A DNA stretch of 64,000 nucleotides from Heterodontus francisci (taxonomy: Eukaryota). The notes beneath the pieces were generated by a model, which worked only from the letters and a program-made list of their open reading frames with translations, searched no databases and was not told the DNA's origin. This document shows, piece by piece, positions 1-12,201 of this stretch; positions within the stretch are counted from its first letter, which is position 1, and every line of letters begins with the position of its first letter. The translations under genes and the position numbers were made by a program. The stretch covers positions 84,391,658 to 84,455,657 of the forward strand of contig NC_090380.1 of the NCBI RefSeq assembly GCF_036365525.1. Reading direction: 5' to 3'.

Positions 1-1010
1 ACCAGATCTAAAATAACCTGTTCCCTGGTTTGTTCCAGAACATATTGTTCAAAGAAACTATCCTGGATACACTCTGTGAACTCGTCCTCCAGGCTACCTT
101 TGCCAATTTGATTGTCCAATCTATATGAAGATTAAAGTCGTCTACGTTTATTGCAGTATCTTTTTTACAAGCCCATTATTTCTTGATTCATACTCTTTCC
201 TACAGTGTAGCAGCCGTTAGGGGGCCTGTAGACTACTCCCCTATTCCCAACAGTGACTTCTTTCTCTTGTTTTTTTTTATCTTCACCCAAACTGATTCTA
301 CATCTTGCTCTGAGCCAAGATCATGGGCTGGATTTTGTGTAGGAGGCGGGACTCCCAGCGTCAGGCTGGAAAGGTGGAGGAGCCAGAGCCCCACCTCAGA
401 TTTTTCGTACCTCCCCAGAGCAATCCTTCGGTCTTCTTACATCTAAGTTTCACGAGCCGGGGTCCCCGTCCCTTTTAAGACAGGGATCCCACCTCCAAGA
501 GCTGCCAGCCAATCACAGGGCCCGCAGCGGTATCGGCAGCGCCACTGGGGCTGGTAAGGTCGCTTGGCGATGGGCCCTCGAACCCCCATCGCGATTCTCC
601 CCACACCTCAGGGAGGCCCATAAAATCCAGCCCGATTTCTTACTTCTGTTGTGATCTCATCCATTATGAACAGAGCTACCCCACCTCCTTTTCCTTTCTT
701 CCTATCCTTCCGAAATGTCACATACCCCTGAATATTCAGTTCCCAGTCTTGGTCACCTTGCATCCATGTCCCTGTAATGGCTATCAGATCATACCATTTG
801 CGCCATCAATTGCATCTATCTATTCATCAAATACTATGTGCATTTAGAGAAAGTGCATTAAATTTTGTCTTTTTACCATTTTTCCCTATTCTGACTTACT
901 TTGCTGGTGCACTTATATGACTATATGTTCTGTCCCTTCCTGTCACACTCTGGTAATCATTACCCGTCTCACTACCCCGCACTATTGCCTTGTCCATTCT
1001 CTTCAACTTG
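1..1010 (-). mobile_element. Decayed CR1 LINE fragment (APE endonuclease N-terminus), split by a MITE at 325-633
   Basis: Minus strand gives CR1 APE motifs (LNAHSI, GVVYRPP, EQTREQVILDLV) with stops and frameshifts. Confidence 0.75.
325..633. mobile_element. PIF/Harbinger-type MITE
   Basis: TIRs GGGCTGGATTTT...AAAATCCAGCCC; flanks cat/gat; interrupts CR1; internal similarity (inverted) to 60693-61230. Confidence 0.8.
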
Positions 1011-1174
1011 CTAAATTTAATCTCTTACTTCAATTTACCACATTGAATTGGTGAATATAAGATTGGCCAAAGGGTTTTAGCAGGTGCTAAATGGGTGCTG
1101 TGCTAATAAGACAGGCCAGGCTAGAAAATTGTGCACTCCAGTCTTTTGGCTCGGAGGTTTGCGATTTGCAGCCC

Positions 1175-1232
1175 TTTTTTAAAATTAATTTATGGGATGT
1201 GGGCGTCGCTGGCCAGGCCAGCATTTATTTAT
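1175..1232 (-). mobile_element. 3' tail fragment of family B LINE/SINE
   Basis: Reverse complement is AATAAATGCTGGCCTGGCCAGCGACGCCCACATCCCAT...A-tail, the same tail as at 19160, 21147, 39760, 53486 and 54886. Confidence 0.85.
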
Positions 1233-2610
1233 TCAGTGGTTGGGAAACTATTGGAAAAAATTCTGAGGGACAGGATTAATCTCCACTTGGAGAGGCAGGG
1301 AATAATCAGGGATAGGCAGCAAGGCTTTGTCAGGGGAAGATTGTGTCTAACTAACTTGATTGAGTTTTTCGAGGAGGTCACTAGATGTGTAGATGAGGGT
1401 AAGGTAGTTGATGTAATCTACATGGACTTCAGTAAGGCTTTTGATATGGTCCCTCATGGGAGATTGGTTAAGAAGCTAAGAGTCCATGGGATGCAGGGCA
1501 ATTTGGCAAATTGGATCCAAAAGTGGCTTGGCGGCAGGAGACAGAGGGTAATGGTCGAGGGTTGTTTTTACGAGTGGAAGCCTGTGACCAGTGGTGTACC
1601 ACAGGGATCAGTGCTGGGACCCTTGCTGTTTGTAGTGTACATTAATGATTTAGACATGAATATAGGAGGTATGATAAGTAAGTTCGCAGATGACATGAAA
1701 ATTGGTGGTGTTGTAATTAGTGAGGAGGAAAGTCTTAGATTACAGGACGATATAGATGGGCTGGTAAGATGGGAGGAGTTGTGGCAAATGGAATTTAATC
1801 CTGAGAAGTGTGAGGTGATGCATTTTGGGAGGACTAACAAGGCAAGGGAATGTACAATGGATGGTAGGACCCTAGGAAGTACAGAAGGTCAGAGGGACCT
1901 TGGTGTACTTGTCCATAGATCCTTGAAGGCAGCACCACAGGTAGATAAGATGGTTAGGAAGGCATATGGGATACTTGCCTTTATAAGCCGAGGCATAGAA
2001 TGTAAGAGCAGGGAGGTTATGATGGAGCTGTATAAAATGCTAGTTCAGCCACAGCTGCAGTACTGTGTACAGTTCTGGGCACCACACTACAGGAAGGATG
2101 TGATTGCACTGGAGAGGGTGCAGAGGAGATTCACCAGGATGTTGCCTGGGCTGGAGCATTTCAGCTATGAAGAGAGACGAAAAGGCTAGGGTTGTTTTCC
2201 TTAGAACAGAGAAGGATGAGGGGGGACATGATTGAGGTATACAAAATTATGAGGGGCATTGATAGGTTAGATAGGAAGGGACTTTTTCCCTTAGCGGAGG
2301 GGGTCAATAACCAGGGGGCATAGATTTAAGGTAAGGGGCAGGAGGTTTAGAGGGGGTTTGAGAAAAAATATTTTCACCCAGAGTGTGGTTGGAATCTGGA
2401 ACGCACTGCCTGAAGTGATGGTAGAGGCAGGAACCCTCACAACATTTAAGAAGTATTTAGCTGAGCACTTGAAATGCCATAGCATACAAGGTTACGGGCC
2501 AAGTGCTGGAAAATGGGACTAGAATAGTTAGGTGCCTTGATGACTGGCACAGACACGATGGGCCGAAGGGCCTGTTTCAGTGCTGTATAACTCTACGATT
2601 CTATGACTAC
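1233..2610 (+). mobile_element. 5'-truncated CR1 LINE (RT domain + 3'UTR)
   Basis: ORF has YMDFSKAFD, GVPQGSVLGP, KFADD and KCEVMHFG; frameshift near 2180; CR1 3' end GGGCCGAAGGGCCTGTT followed by (CTATGA)-type tail. Confidence 0.95.
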
Positions 2611-2781
2611 ACCAATTTACCATTCTTAAATATATCAAAAAATATTTCTTAATGCAGCTGTTCATGGCAGATTTGTCATTCAGCAATATGCAAGTAGGTG
2701 AGCAGAAACTTGAGCAAACAATTCACAAAAACCAACCTGTTAATGGTCAAAAATATGCATTATTGGCTAAATGTGAAGGAC

Positions 2782-2958
2782 TGGCTGGATTTTATCTCAA
2801 GTGGCTTTAATGCGCTTGTGCATTTAATTAGCCTCCCAGTGGATTTCCTGTCTGCCACGGTGCCCAGAACACACACTGCCCAATGCCATCCCACGCCAAT
2901 TTGTCTGCCCGCCCCCAGCCTCTCAGCCAGTCTCCAAGGGATGGATAAAATCCAGCTC
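2782..2958. mobile_element. Short Harbinger-type MITE
   Basis: TIRs GCTGGATTTTATC...GATAAAATCCAGC. Confidence 0.65.
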
Positions 2959-3277
2959 ATTATGCCTGAGATGTTGATGGCTTTCACAGTAACAACAGAT
3001 GTATTGAAATTGGAGCAGTATTAATCAGCTGAATGTGAACTTGTGAACATAAAAATGTTTTTGCTGTAGAGAAATGCTACTCACACTAAATATGAAAACT
3101 TTACTCAAAATGTTATCAAGCTCAGCAAATAATTAATGAGGCAATTAATTACACTTTATTCAAAACGAAAGCCGGAAATTTTTGAGTGTTGGCAGCATCA
3201 AAGCATTACTCCATACTCCCTCTGATACATGAAACTCCCAATCTGCTAGTCAGTGCAATAATATATATTTCTCTTAC

Positions 3278-3351
3278 CTGCACGAGGTGAAGACTCTACA
3301 GTTACATAATCTGGACCACGGGGTAAGATGGACTTCTTGATATTGACTTCA
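3278..3351 (-). CDS. NXPE3: NXPE3-like gene, third coding exon (74 nt)
   Basis: ttttcag|T GAA GTC AAT ATC AAG...CGT GCA G|gtaaga. Completes the phase-2 codon AG+T and reads (S)EVNIKKSILPRGPDYVTVESSPRA, matching the NXPE3 'SGVNIK...GPDWVTV' segment. Not in the ORF track. Confidence 0.88.
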
Positions 3352-3387
3352 CTGAAAATATATTATTTTTGTTGCATGTTAAGTCAC

Positions 3388-4170
3388 TGGCTGAATTTTT
3401 TAAGCCCACCGCTGAAATCGGCAGTGGGCGGAACAACACGCCAAAGGGCTGCCGTGATTCCAAGTGCTGTGGTTCATTTAAGTAGCCGGGGCGGGCCACC
3501 ACCTCTCCCCACCGCCCCCCCCATCCCCAGCCCCCAATCACGTGGACAGGGCAGGCCGTCCGTCCCCGGCAATGGTGCAGCTGCCTGTGCGCAGACGCTG
3601 ATGCCATTTTTAAAGGGCTGTAAGCCCTACTGGCATATTTAAATATTTAAAGAAACATTTAATGAATTTAAATGAATACATCTCTTTTGCCCCTCTCCCA
3701 CCACCCCAATAACAATTAAATTAATTATTTGTCCTCCTCCCCAAAACACTTACCTTTACCCTCTGACCTTCCCCCTACAACTGCACAAACCTTAAATTGT
3801 ACCCCTTCCCACCATCCCCTACACACGACATTAATTTGACCCCATCCCCCACGCCCCCAGACTGAGAAACCTACCTCCTCCCCCCTCCCGACCAGTGTTG
3901 TGCCTCGTTTCCCCGGATGGGTATCTGAAGGCACGGGAATGCCGGCCGCCGGGCCACAGATCGCAGTGGGACATCAGGAGGTGAGATAAGTTTATTTAAA
4001 TTAATCATTTTAATTGATTTAAATATTCAAATTATGGTCCAGTCACCTAGCAGTGGGGAGCATCGGGCTGGGCCCTGCTGGCGTCGAGGTCTGTGGCAGG
4101 CCTCATCCGGGGCCATCTTCAGTCCCCCCACCACAGATCCCGACGCCAAGGTTTCCTTAAAATCCAGCCC
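3388..4170. mobile_element. Harbinger-type non-autonomous element
   Basis: TIR-like ends tGGCTGAATTTT...AAAATCCAGCCC; interior colinear with 58980-59683, the right end of the transposase-bearing element. Confidence 0.75.
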
Positions 4171-4909
4171 ACTATATTATCTCCATGGAAGGAGTGAGTA
4201 GCTCATACAGTTGGAAGTTTAAAAGTACTATTGCACTTGTCTCATTCCTCAAGATTCGAATACCTAAAGCTTTGGTTTAAGGTTATTTTAGGAGAATGAT
4301 TTTAGGCATCACACAAACTCTTGGCTGATCAGCTAAAACAACACGACTATCAAGTCTGCAATTCCTTTCCCTCCACTAGTTGGGTGCATTTTCAGGATGC
4401 GTCTGGTATGCCTTAGGTCCACAAACGAAATGCACCCTTGACCTTAGTTAACTTTCCAACCACAAGGTCATGAATAAACTGAGGTGGGCTCCCCAGTCTC
4501 TACCAGGGAATCTTGACAAAATGAAGATGGAGTTCTGACACAGCAGGTCTCAGCCTATCACATTGTAGGAGTGCAGATAGACTCAGTACTGCCTATAAAA
4601 CGGGATATTTGTTCTTCAAAAATTGCGCTTTTCCTTCTTGGGTCTGTAGCAGGTTGTGCTAATTTAGTGATTACAGTGATGCAAGTGTCAGAGTAGCACT
4701 CTTGCCTCTGAGTCAAGAATTTTGAGCTTAAGCCCCATTTCTACACTTGAACAGATAACTTGGGTTAAGACTGTTGCTTTTCAGATGGAACGTTAAACCG
4801 CGGCACCCCTACTCTCTACAGTGAAATCAAAGGTCCCATGGAAGATAAGGAGGTCTCTCTGTGCCCTGGTCAACATTTATCCCTCAATCAACATCACTAA
4901 AATGGATTA

Positions 4910-6209
4910 TAAAAGCAAAATACTGCGGATGCTGGAAATCTGAAATAAAAACATGAAATGCTGGAACCACTCAGCAGGTCTGGCAGCATCTGTGGAAAGA
5001 GAAGCAGAGTTAACGTTTCGGGTCAGTGACCCTTCTTCGGAACTGGCAAATATTAGAAATGTCAAAGGTTATAAGCAAGTGAGGCGGGGGGTGGGGCAAG
5101 AGATAACAAAGGAGAAGGTGTAGATTGGACAAGGCCACATAGCTGACCAAAAGGTCATGGAGCAAAGGTAAACAATATGTTAATAGTGTGTTGAAAGACA
5201 AAGCATTAATACAGATAGGGTGTTAATGGAGGTTTACAACATGTTCTTTATTGCCACACTGGGAAACCTCCTGCTAAAGCATCAAATAGCAACACAGGCA
5301 GTGCACTCAGATATTCAGAAGCTAATGTAAACAAATGGCAATGGTATGGTGTGTAGTTGTGACTTGGTCGTACTTCTGTTTGTATGGCAGCTTTAAAAAA
5401 TCTGGATGCAACAGGTAACAACCAGTAATGAACTCCAGTGTTATACACTAACAGACCTGTATCCACCAGTACTGTACCCGTGTTATACACTCTCAGACCT
5501 GTATCCACCAGTACTGTACCCGTGTTATACACTAACAGACCTGTATCCACCAGTACTGTACCCGTGTTATACACCAACAGATCTGTACCCACCAGTACTG
5601 TACCCGTGTTATACACCAACAGATCTGTACCCACCAGTACTGTACCCATTTTATACACTATCAGACCTGTATCCACCAGTACTGTACCTGTGTTCTACAG
5701 TAACAGCCCTGTACCCTGGAGTTCATTACTGGTTGTTAACTGTTGCATCCAGATTTTTTAAAGCTGCCATACAAACAGAAGTACTACCAAGTCACAACTA
5801 CACACCATACCATTGCCATTTGTTTACATTAGCTTCTGAATATCTGAGTGCACTGCCTGTGTTGCTATTTGATGCTTTAGCAGGAGGTTTCCCAGTGTGG
5901 CAATAAAGAACATGTTGTAAACCTCCGTTAACACCCTATCTGTATTAATGCTTTGTCTTTCAACACACCATTAACATATTGTTTACCTTTGCTCTTTGAC
6001 CTTTTGGTCAGCTATGTGGCCTTGTCCAATCTACACCTTCTCCTTTGTTATCTCTTGCCCCACCCCCTGCCTCACTTGCTTATAACCTTTGACATTTCTA
6101 ATATTTGCCAGTTCCGAAGAAGGGTCACTGACCCCAAACGTTAACTCTGCTTCTCTTTCCACAGATGCTGCCAGACCTGCTGAGTGGTTCCAACATTTCT
6201 TGTTTTTAT
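4910..6209. mobile_element. 1.3-kb palindromic Penelope-derived insertion with captured cargo
   Basis: Inverted arms 4945-5438 / 5716-6209 nearly identical; 35-nt unpaired tail 4910-4944; TSD ATCACTAAAATGGATTA at 4893-4909 and 6210-6226; outer arm homologous to the Penelope 3' end at 19100-19670. Confidence 0.9.
5439..5715. repeat. 42-bp minisatellite, about 6.5 copies
   Basis: Unit TGTTATACACTAACAGACCTGTATCCACCAGTACTGTACCCG repeated; forms the loop of the palindrome. Confidence 0.95.
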
Positions 6210-6406
6210 ATCACTAAAATGGATTACCTGGTCAGTTACATCTTTGTTATTTGTGCAACCTTGATGTGTCCAAATTTAGGTATCACATTCCCATGCATTA
6301 CAACAGTAATTTTAACAGACAATTTCAAATGCACTTCATTGGCTGTGAAGCAATTTGAGATGTCCTGAAAATGTGAAAGGAGCTAAAGAAAATAAATTAT
6401 TTTCTT

Positions 6407-6766
6407 TCTAGTGATCATGATACTGGACTAGAAAGATTTGAGTTCAAATTCCATCACTGCAAGTTGCAAAATTGCATTTACTAAATCTGTTGATTTACAT
6501 CAGTCCCAGAAAAATGACTATGAAAGCTGCTGATTGTTAAAAAGACCCAACTGGTTAATTAATGCCTTTCTAGGGAACGGCATCTACTCCACCACTCCTG
6601 CCTATGCATGCAATATTCATTTTATGGTCTTTTGAAGTGCCTGAGCAAGCTACTCAATTGTAAAAACTATTGCTAGAAGAATGGCCACATATCTCAGAGC
6701 AGCCAGGGTGAGTAATAAATGTGCCCTTGCTGATTTTGACCTAATTCTGAGAACAAACAGAAAAAA
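6407..6766 (+). mobile_element. Old SINE related to the family B head/tail SINE
   Basis: Degenerate B box GAGTTCAAATTCC, body CTGGTTAATTAATGCCTTT..AGGGAA and GCAAGCTACTCAATTG, tail AATAAATGTGCCCTTGC. Confidence 0.55.
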
Positions 6767-7549
6767 TGAAATGTGACGAGAAAGTCAACAATGTCAATGA
6801 GAACTGTGCCATAAAGTTCGAGGGGAGAAGTCTTTTGAGTTGAGGAGGGAGATGGTTCGAGGGGAGAGTGCCTCTGTGATTTTGGGGAAGATGATTAGAA
6901 AGAGTGATGTTAAGCCTTTTTGTTCAATTTTCGATGTATGTTCAACTTAATGAAATGACTTCAGTGTCAAATAAATGTGCTATGTAATTACTTGTCCAAC
7001 TCCTGTGCCTAACTAAATTAGAAAGAAAGGGACCAAATAGGAAGATGGGTATTGAATGCTTAAATAGAATTGACCAGATTTGTGACTGGATAGTCAAGGT
7101 GCTTTATCCTCTCTGTGACACATGGCTTTGGATCTTCCTAAAGATGTGTTCACTAGTGACTGTGTGTGGAAACAGGGGGCTCTATTTCAAAGAATTTAAA
7201 TTTGTTGAAAATGGCACTGTTAGCACAATGAATTGGTTGCAAAGCATGTTTATTACGGGTTGCAGGTGCAATTTTCTGATTCCCCTCACCTGTTCTACTC
7301 CTATGGATATATGAGGGTGATCTATGATGACTTGTGCTTTGACATCGCTTCCCTCATTTAACGGAAATATTTTCCTGTCTTTTAAATTAATGAAAGCTCC
7401 AATTGAATGCCACAAAAATGGTTTAAATATTCTAATATTCTAGGATGTCCAATGTTGAGATTTTTGAATTGACATTCCAGTGTCTGGCTCATGTACAAAA
7501 ATCATAATCTGTGTACAGAAAGGAAGATATAAAAAAAGTTGTGACATAC

Positions 7550-8337
7550 CTTTGGAAATAATGCCCTTCTTCTCCTATTAAGAGTTTCTGCTCATAACCT
7601 CCCATCATATGGTTGATACGCGCAGAGCAGGGGAGTTTTTCTGGTTTGTAACAGAACCAGGGCTCCCCAGTCCTGAGATCAGTAAAGTTACAGAGTGGTT
7701 TAGTTTGAGGCAAACAAAGATTACATACTGTGGTCTCAGAGGTATCTCCTGATTTGAAAGTACTTTTAAAATACACTCTCCCTGGCCATTCCTCACGTAG
7801 CCTTTGAAGTGCTTGAACCCCTTCACTGGGATGAACCAAGGAAACAGACACTTCAACTTTCCCTGGCCAAGATAAATTAAAATTTATCAAGTAAGATCCA
7901 TTTTGGTTATCTATAACTGTTCCTGCTGAACCAGCTTTTAAAGCTGGGGTGTGGATCCGGGCTTGGAGATAGTCACCACCATATTGCTTTGGGTGTCCTT
8001 CAAAATCATTCATTTGTAGCATCACTTGTAACTGATCTCCAACACAGAAAGTCTTTGCAAAATTTAAAATAACAAATCGAACATGTGATGGGTCACTGCT
8101 TTTCTGATAGGACACAGCAGGGTTTGGTGGTTTTGGCCATTCGATCATCTTCAAAAGGAATGTTCCCTCTGACCTTTCTTCAGGGGTGAAGCTGTGATTC
8201 TGGTAGCCACACCGCACCAATCTATGTGTCCATGGAACCCTCTTTAGCTCCATTTGTTGCTTCTTTGTGGAATTAAGCTTTGGAACTGGGTAAATCTGCC
8301 AATTTTGTTCAGCTCCATAGTTCGAATAGCTAGTGTA
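7550..8337 (-). CDS. NXPE3: NXPE3-like gene, second coding exon (788 nt; Ig-like/neurexophilin region)
   Basis: ccttttcacag|TAC...TTC CAA AG|gtatgt, open throughout; NXPE motifs VGDQLQV, DFEGHPKQYGGDYLQARIH, DNQNGSY, VSLVHPSEG, CNFTDLRTGEPWFCYKPEKLPC. Family is certain; exact paralogue is less so. Confidence 0.93.
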
Positions 8338-9545
8338 CTGTGAAAAGGAATAATATTTTTAATACTGTAAAAATGTTTTTTTATTTACAGTTCTTATTGG
8401 CTACTTTTCAATATATCACCTCCTTCAGTCAAGAAACCCCCTTCAGTTAATAAAGAAACAATGAAAGGTGCTTCTGAATAAAGATTTCTTCAGAGTTAAA
8501 GATCATTCCACTTCATGATTCAAGGGTGTACAGTTAAATACAACAGTCTGTATTCAATGTGTTACATTACCAATAGACAAAAAACATAGGCAGTGACCTC
8601 TGATTTCCTGATACGTGGTGCTGTTGTGGAGGTTCCCTGTCATCAGCATGAACTTGGATGATCAGCTTCACTCTGTCCTTCTCAGTGCCTTCCCTGGAAA
8701 TTTACTGCACAAGTTTATCATCCATTGCACTTGACTTCCCTTCTTAGATTTTATTTTTATAATGTGTACCTCTTCAGATTTGTGAACAGTTTGCCCAGAC
8801 CAACTTTTCAATTTTCTTCATAATCTTAAAGGCACTGAAATTATGTCATGGGATGGAAACATCTGAACACATAATGCTTTCTTTAACTTATTGCTGGTGT
8901 GCGAAACTAGTCTTGCAGGTCACCGCCCATTATGGAAACCATCCAATTTGATTTTCTAATGAAATTATTTCTGATGAATGCATTAGGCATTCACATTTTA
9001 TGTTCTATGATGTAATTTCCAGGCTGTAAACTTCAATTAGTGGAGCACAGTAAGGACCAGGGATTTTGCTGCCAGAACAGTGCATTAACTCAGTCTGCAT
9101 CACCAGTACGGTTATTAGAAAAATAAAATGAAATTTTAAAATGTAAGAAAAGATGCAACTGAATAACAATAATGTTATTGGTCCAGAATTTCCACTTCCC
9201 AAGGATGCCTTAAATTTGTTGAATGCCATATTGGCCAGGGTAATATTCACGCATCCTTGGCAGTCACCTTAAACAGGTGTTAGGCCACTGTATATGTTAG
9301 TGAAGCCTAACAATGCTTTAAGGACCCCTCTCTGAAATTGGTTAGAAACCGAGTGAATCAAACGCCAGCGTGGTCCACTCAGCTTTTCCAGTTCCTGAGG
9401 CAACCCGTGGCCTTTAAAGGCAGGTATTTTCTTTTAATTTACCTTAATGTGGTGACAGAGATACCAGGACTGCTCCCTCCATTCATCTTCTCTGTCTCCC
9501 AGGAGTTATCTGAGGGCCTTTGCTGACATGCAAATTTGTGAAGTG

Positions 9546-10128
9546 AAGGTGTGGAAAGAGATGCAGTGGTTTTTGTCAAGGTTCATCCCAAGCAGCTCTG
9601 TAACACAGGAGTCTGTGCTCTACGGGCTGTTCCCAGGGACGCACACCGAGACAAACATCAACTGCTGCTGGAGGACTATCAATTCGGTGAAAGACGCCCT
9701 TTGGTCTGCCCGAAACTTGCTGGTCTTCCAGCGCAAAGAGTTGTCCACCACCGAATGTTGCAGACTGGCACATTCCAAGGTCCAGGACTACGTGCTGAGG
9801 GACGCACTAAAGCTTGGGGCAGCCGCAGCAAAGGCTCAATGGGGAAAGGCCACAGTGTAAGGTTCCCCCACCAAGCTGGACTGAGGGGCTGGATCCATGG
9901 GAAACCCCTCAAACTGTATCGTTAATATTCTGAATTGCTGTAAATGTAAAACTGTAATTGACATGACAATTGTGAAACGGAAGGGTTGGGAAGAAACTCA
10001 TGACAGTATTGAAGGAAACTGATCTCCCTTGCAATGTTTGTAATTTTGGTGCGGTTTGGAAACTGTTTGGCAATGTAATTTTTACAGATTTTTATGAATA
10101 AAGTCTATTTTGGAAATTAAAAAAAAAA
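9546..10128 (+). mobile_element. 5'-truncated L1/Tx1-type LINE 3' end
   Basis: Tx1-like ORF2 C-terminus (KDALWSARNLLVF...), AATAAA, poly(A); TSD AAATTTGTGAAGTG at 9532-9545 and 10129-10142. Confidence 0.85.
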
Positions 10129-10152
10129 AAATTTGTGAAGTGTTCCATATTT

Positions 10153-10709
10153 TTGTTTTTGTCGAGGTGTGTCCCAAGCAGCTCTGTCACACAGGAGTCT
10201 GTGCTCTACGGGCTGTTCTCAGGGGGACACACTGAGACAAACATCAACTGTTGCTGGAGGAACAGCAATTCGGTGAAAGACGCTCTTTGGTCTGCCCAAA
10301 TCTTGCTGGTCTTCCAGCGCAAAGAGTTGTCCATAACTGAGTGTTGCAGACTGGCACATTCCAAGGTCCAGGACTACGTGCTGAGGGACGTACTAAAGCT
10401 TGGGGCAGCCGCTGCAAATGCTCAATGGGGAAAGACCACTGTGTAAGTCCTCCCACCATAGTGAACTGAGGGGCTGGACCCATGGGAAACCCCTCGGGCT
10501 GTATACACCAAATATGGGTTTTCTGTAAAATGTACATGGCATCCAAAATGGAATGGAAGGGTTGTGATGCAACTCACTCCTGTATTGAAGAAAACTGGTT
10601 TCCTTTGCACTTTTTTTGAATGTCAACTTGGTGCTGTTTTGAACTGTTTTGTAATGTATTTTTTTTTTTACAGATTTTTATGAATAAAGTATATTTTTGG
10701 AAATAAAAT
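10153..10709 (+). mobile_element. Second Tx1-type LINE 3' end (different subfamily)
   Basis: Same ORF2 C-terminal peptide, diverged 3'UTR, AATAAA followed by A-rich end. Confidence 0.8.
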
Positions 10710-11524
10710 CACAGATGGCCAAAATTAGTCCAGAGGAAACTGGTGAGCTGCCTCAGGAGACCCGACAGGTGTCCACAGCTCATCGGAATTACTCATAAGG
10801 TCCTGGGCTCAATTTTCAATAAGCTTTGTCCTCCAGCTGAGTGCTGAGTCCAAAACTATTGCTTTCAGCAATGGCACGTGCAGATACGTATTGATGAAGA
10901 AGAGGTGCTTTTATGGGTGTAGCCAAGAATTAAAAAATATCAAAAAAGAGCAGAGATTTGATCTAACATTATTTTGAACTCATGAATTTAAATACATTCG
11001 CCTGCAATGTTATTCTTCGGTCTATGTTGCTGCAGTGAGAAAACAGGCTGAAATCCAGGAAATTTACAATCACCATTGATTTAACTTGTGGTACTCAATT
11101 TTGCACAGATTTGGTGAGGGTAATGGCAGAATGGAAATTATGGTGTTCAGTAAATAATGGTGTCCCTCAATCACTTGAGATTTTACTGGTGTAAAACAAA
11201 CCCAGTGCCACATATATGCCATTCCAATAACACAAGTCTCCAAGAAATTCTGGGACATATGTAGTTCACATATTGTAGCCAAAAACAGTAGCTGCCAACT
11301 AGATTGAAGGATGAGGCGTCTGGCTGGTATATCCCCATACAATGCACCTGTATACATTACTATTTAATTACATCCTAGAAAATAGGTATATTCTAAAAAT
11401 CAGAAAGAACATTCACAGTTCGATAGGTTTCCAGTTAGATTGTTTCACCAATTTTAACAAGCTGTTCAGTTTCTGTTTGCAGGATGAAGTAAATATAAAT
11501 TAGGGGTAGTGAAATGAAACTCCT

Positions 11525-12201
11525 GACTGGATTTTATTTTGGTGATGGGGGTCCCGCCGACAGGCCAGAAGGCGCGGGAACAGCGGGAAGACCCCACTTT
11601 GGCCCTTTGTCAGACCCCTGGCTGAATTCAATGGTAGGCAGGCAATTAACTGCCTGGCATCGGGGATGCCGTCCCCTTTAAGGGACAAGATTTTGCTCCA
11701 AGGGCTGCTGGCCAATCAGAAGGCTGGCAGCTCAGCAGTCCCAGCAACGTCACTGGGAGCGGTGGCCACTGCTGGTAGTGCAGGAGGCCCAGAGCAACAG
11801 CTATGGAGGAGGCCGCCGAAGACAGGTGAGTGAGTTTGGATTTACTGGGGCCACTTGGAGGGGGGTTGTTACTGAGGGCAAGGAGTGTCTATCAGTGGGC
11901 TGGAGACCTTGACACTGGAGGAGCCCTTTGTGGCCACTGAGTAGCCGTGTAGGAGTGCCCCTCCCAACCTGAACTCGCTTGGCGACTGACAGGTTTGGCT
12001 AAATGCAACTGGATGCTGCCTTTGTGGCCCTTAATGAGCCACTTAAGTGGCTCGATTGGCCTCCCAGCGGACATCCCGTCCACCACAGCTGAAATGACAT
12101 GGGCAGGCAACATTGGGCATGCTGCCTGATGCTGCCCCACACCATTTTGTCTGTGCCTCCACCTCCCAGCCCGTCTCCAAGGGCAGGATAAAATTCAGTC
12201 C
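11525..12201. mobile_element. Harbinger-type MITE
   Basis: TIRs GACTGGATTTTAT...ATAAAATTCAGTC; interior motif CCAATCAGA..GGCAGC shared with 325-633. Confidence 0.7.

Larger units (their letters stand above)
4690..6410 (+). mobile_element. Old tRNA/Deu-domain SINE (SacSINE1-like), split by the 4910-6209 insertion
   Basis: Head AGCACTCTTGCCTCTGAGTCA, body CTTTTCAGATG...GTTAAACCG, tail CACTTCATTGGCTGTGAAGC...GATGTCCTG; the halves rejoin at the 17-bp TSD. Confidence 0.65.

Noticed and set aside
1131-2189. 352-aa ORF as an intact gene
   Set aside because: Chimeric read-through of flank, inverted LINE tail and truncated CR1 RT
2615-2700. Possible next NXPE exon (minus-strand LNDKSAMNSCIKK)
   Set aside because: Lacks the PSGY and GDST motifs and convincing splice sites; probably chance
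5439-5715. CRISPR-like array
   Set aside because: Head-to-tail repeats with no unique spacers, eukaryotic context, no cas genes
5248-5906. Repetitive ORFs (VLYPCYTLTDLYPP)n and mirrored ORF pairs
   Set aside because: Translations of the 42-bp minisatellite and the inverted arms; no evidence of coding
7489-8253. 254-aa ORF as a complete single-exon protein
   Set aside because: It is an internal exon: the frame is open upstream to the acceptor at 8337 and homology stops at the donor at 7550
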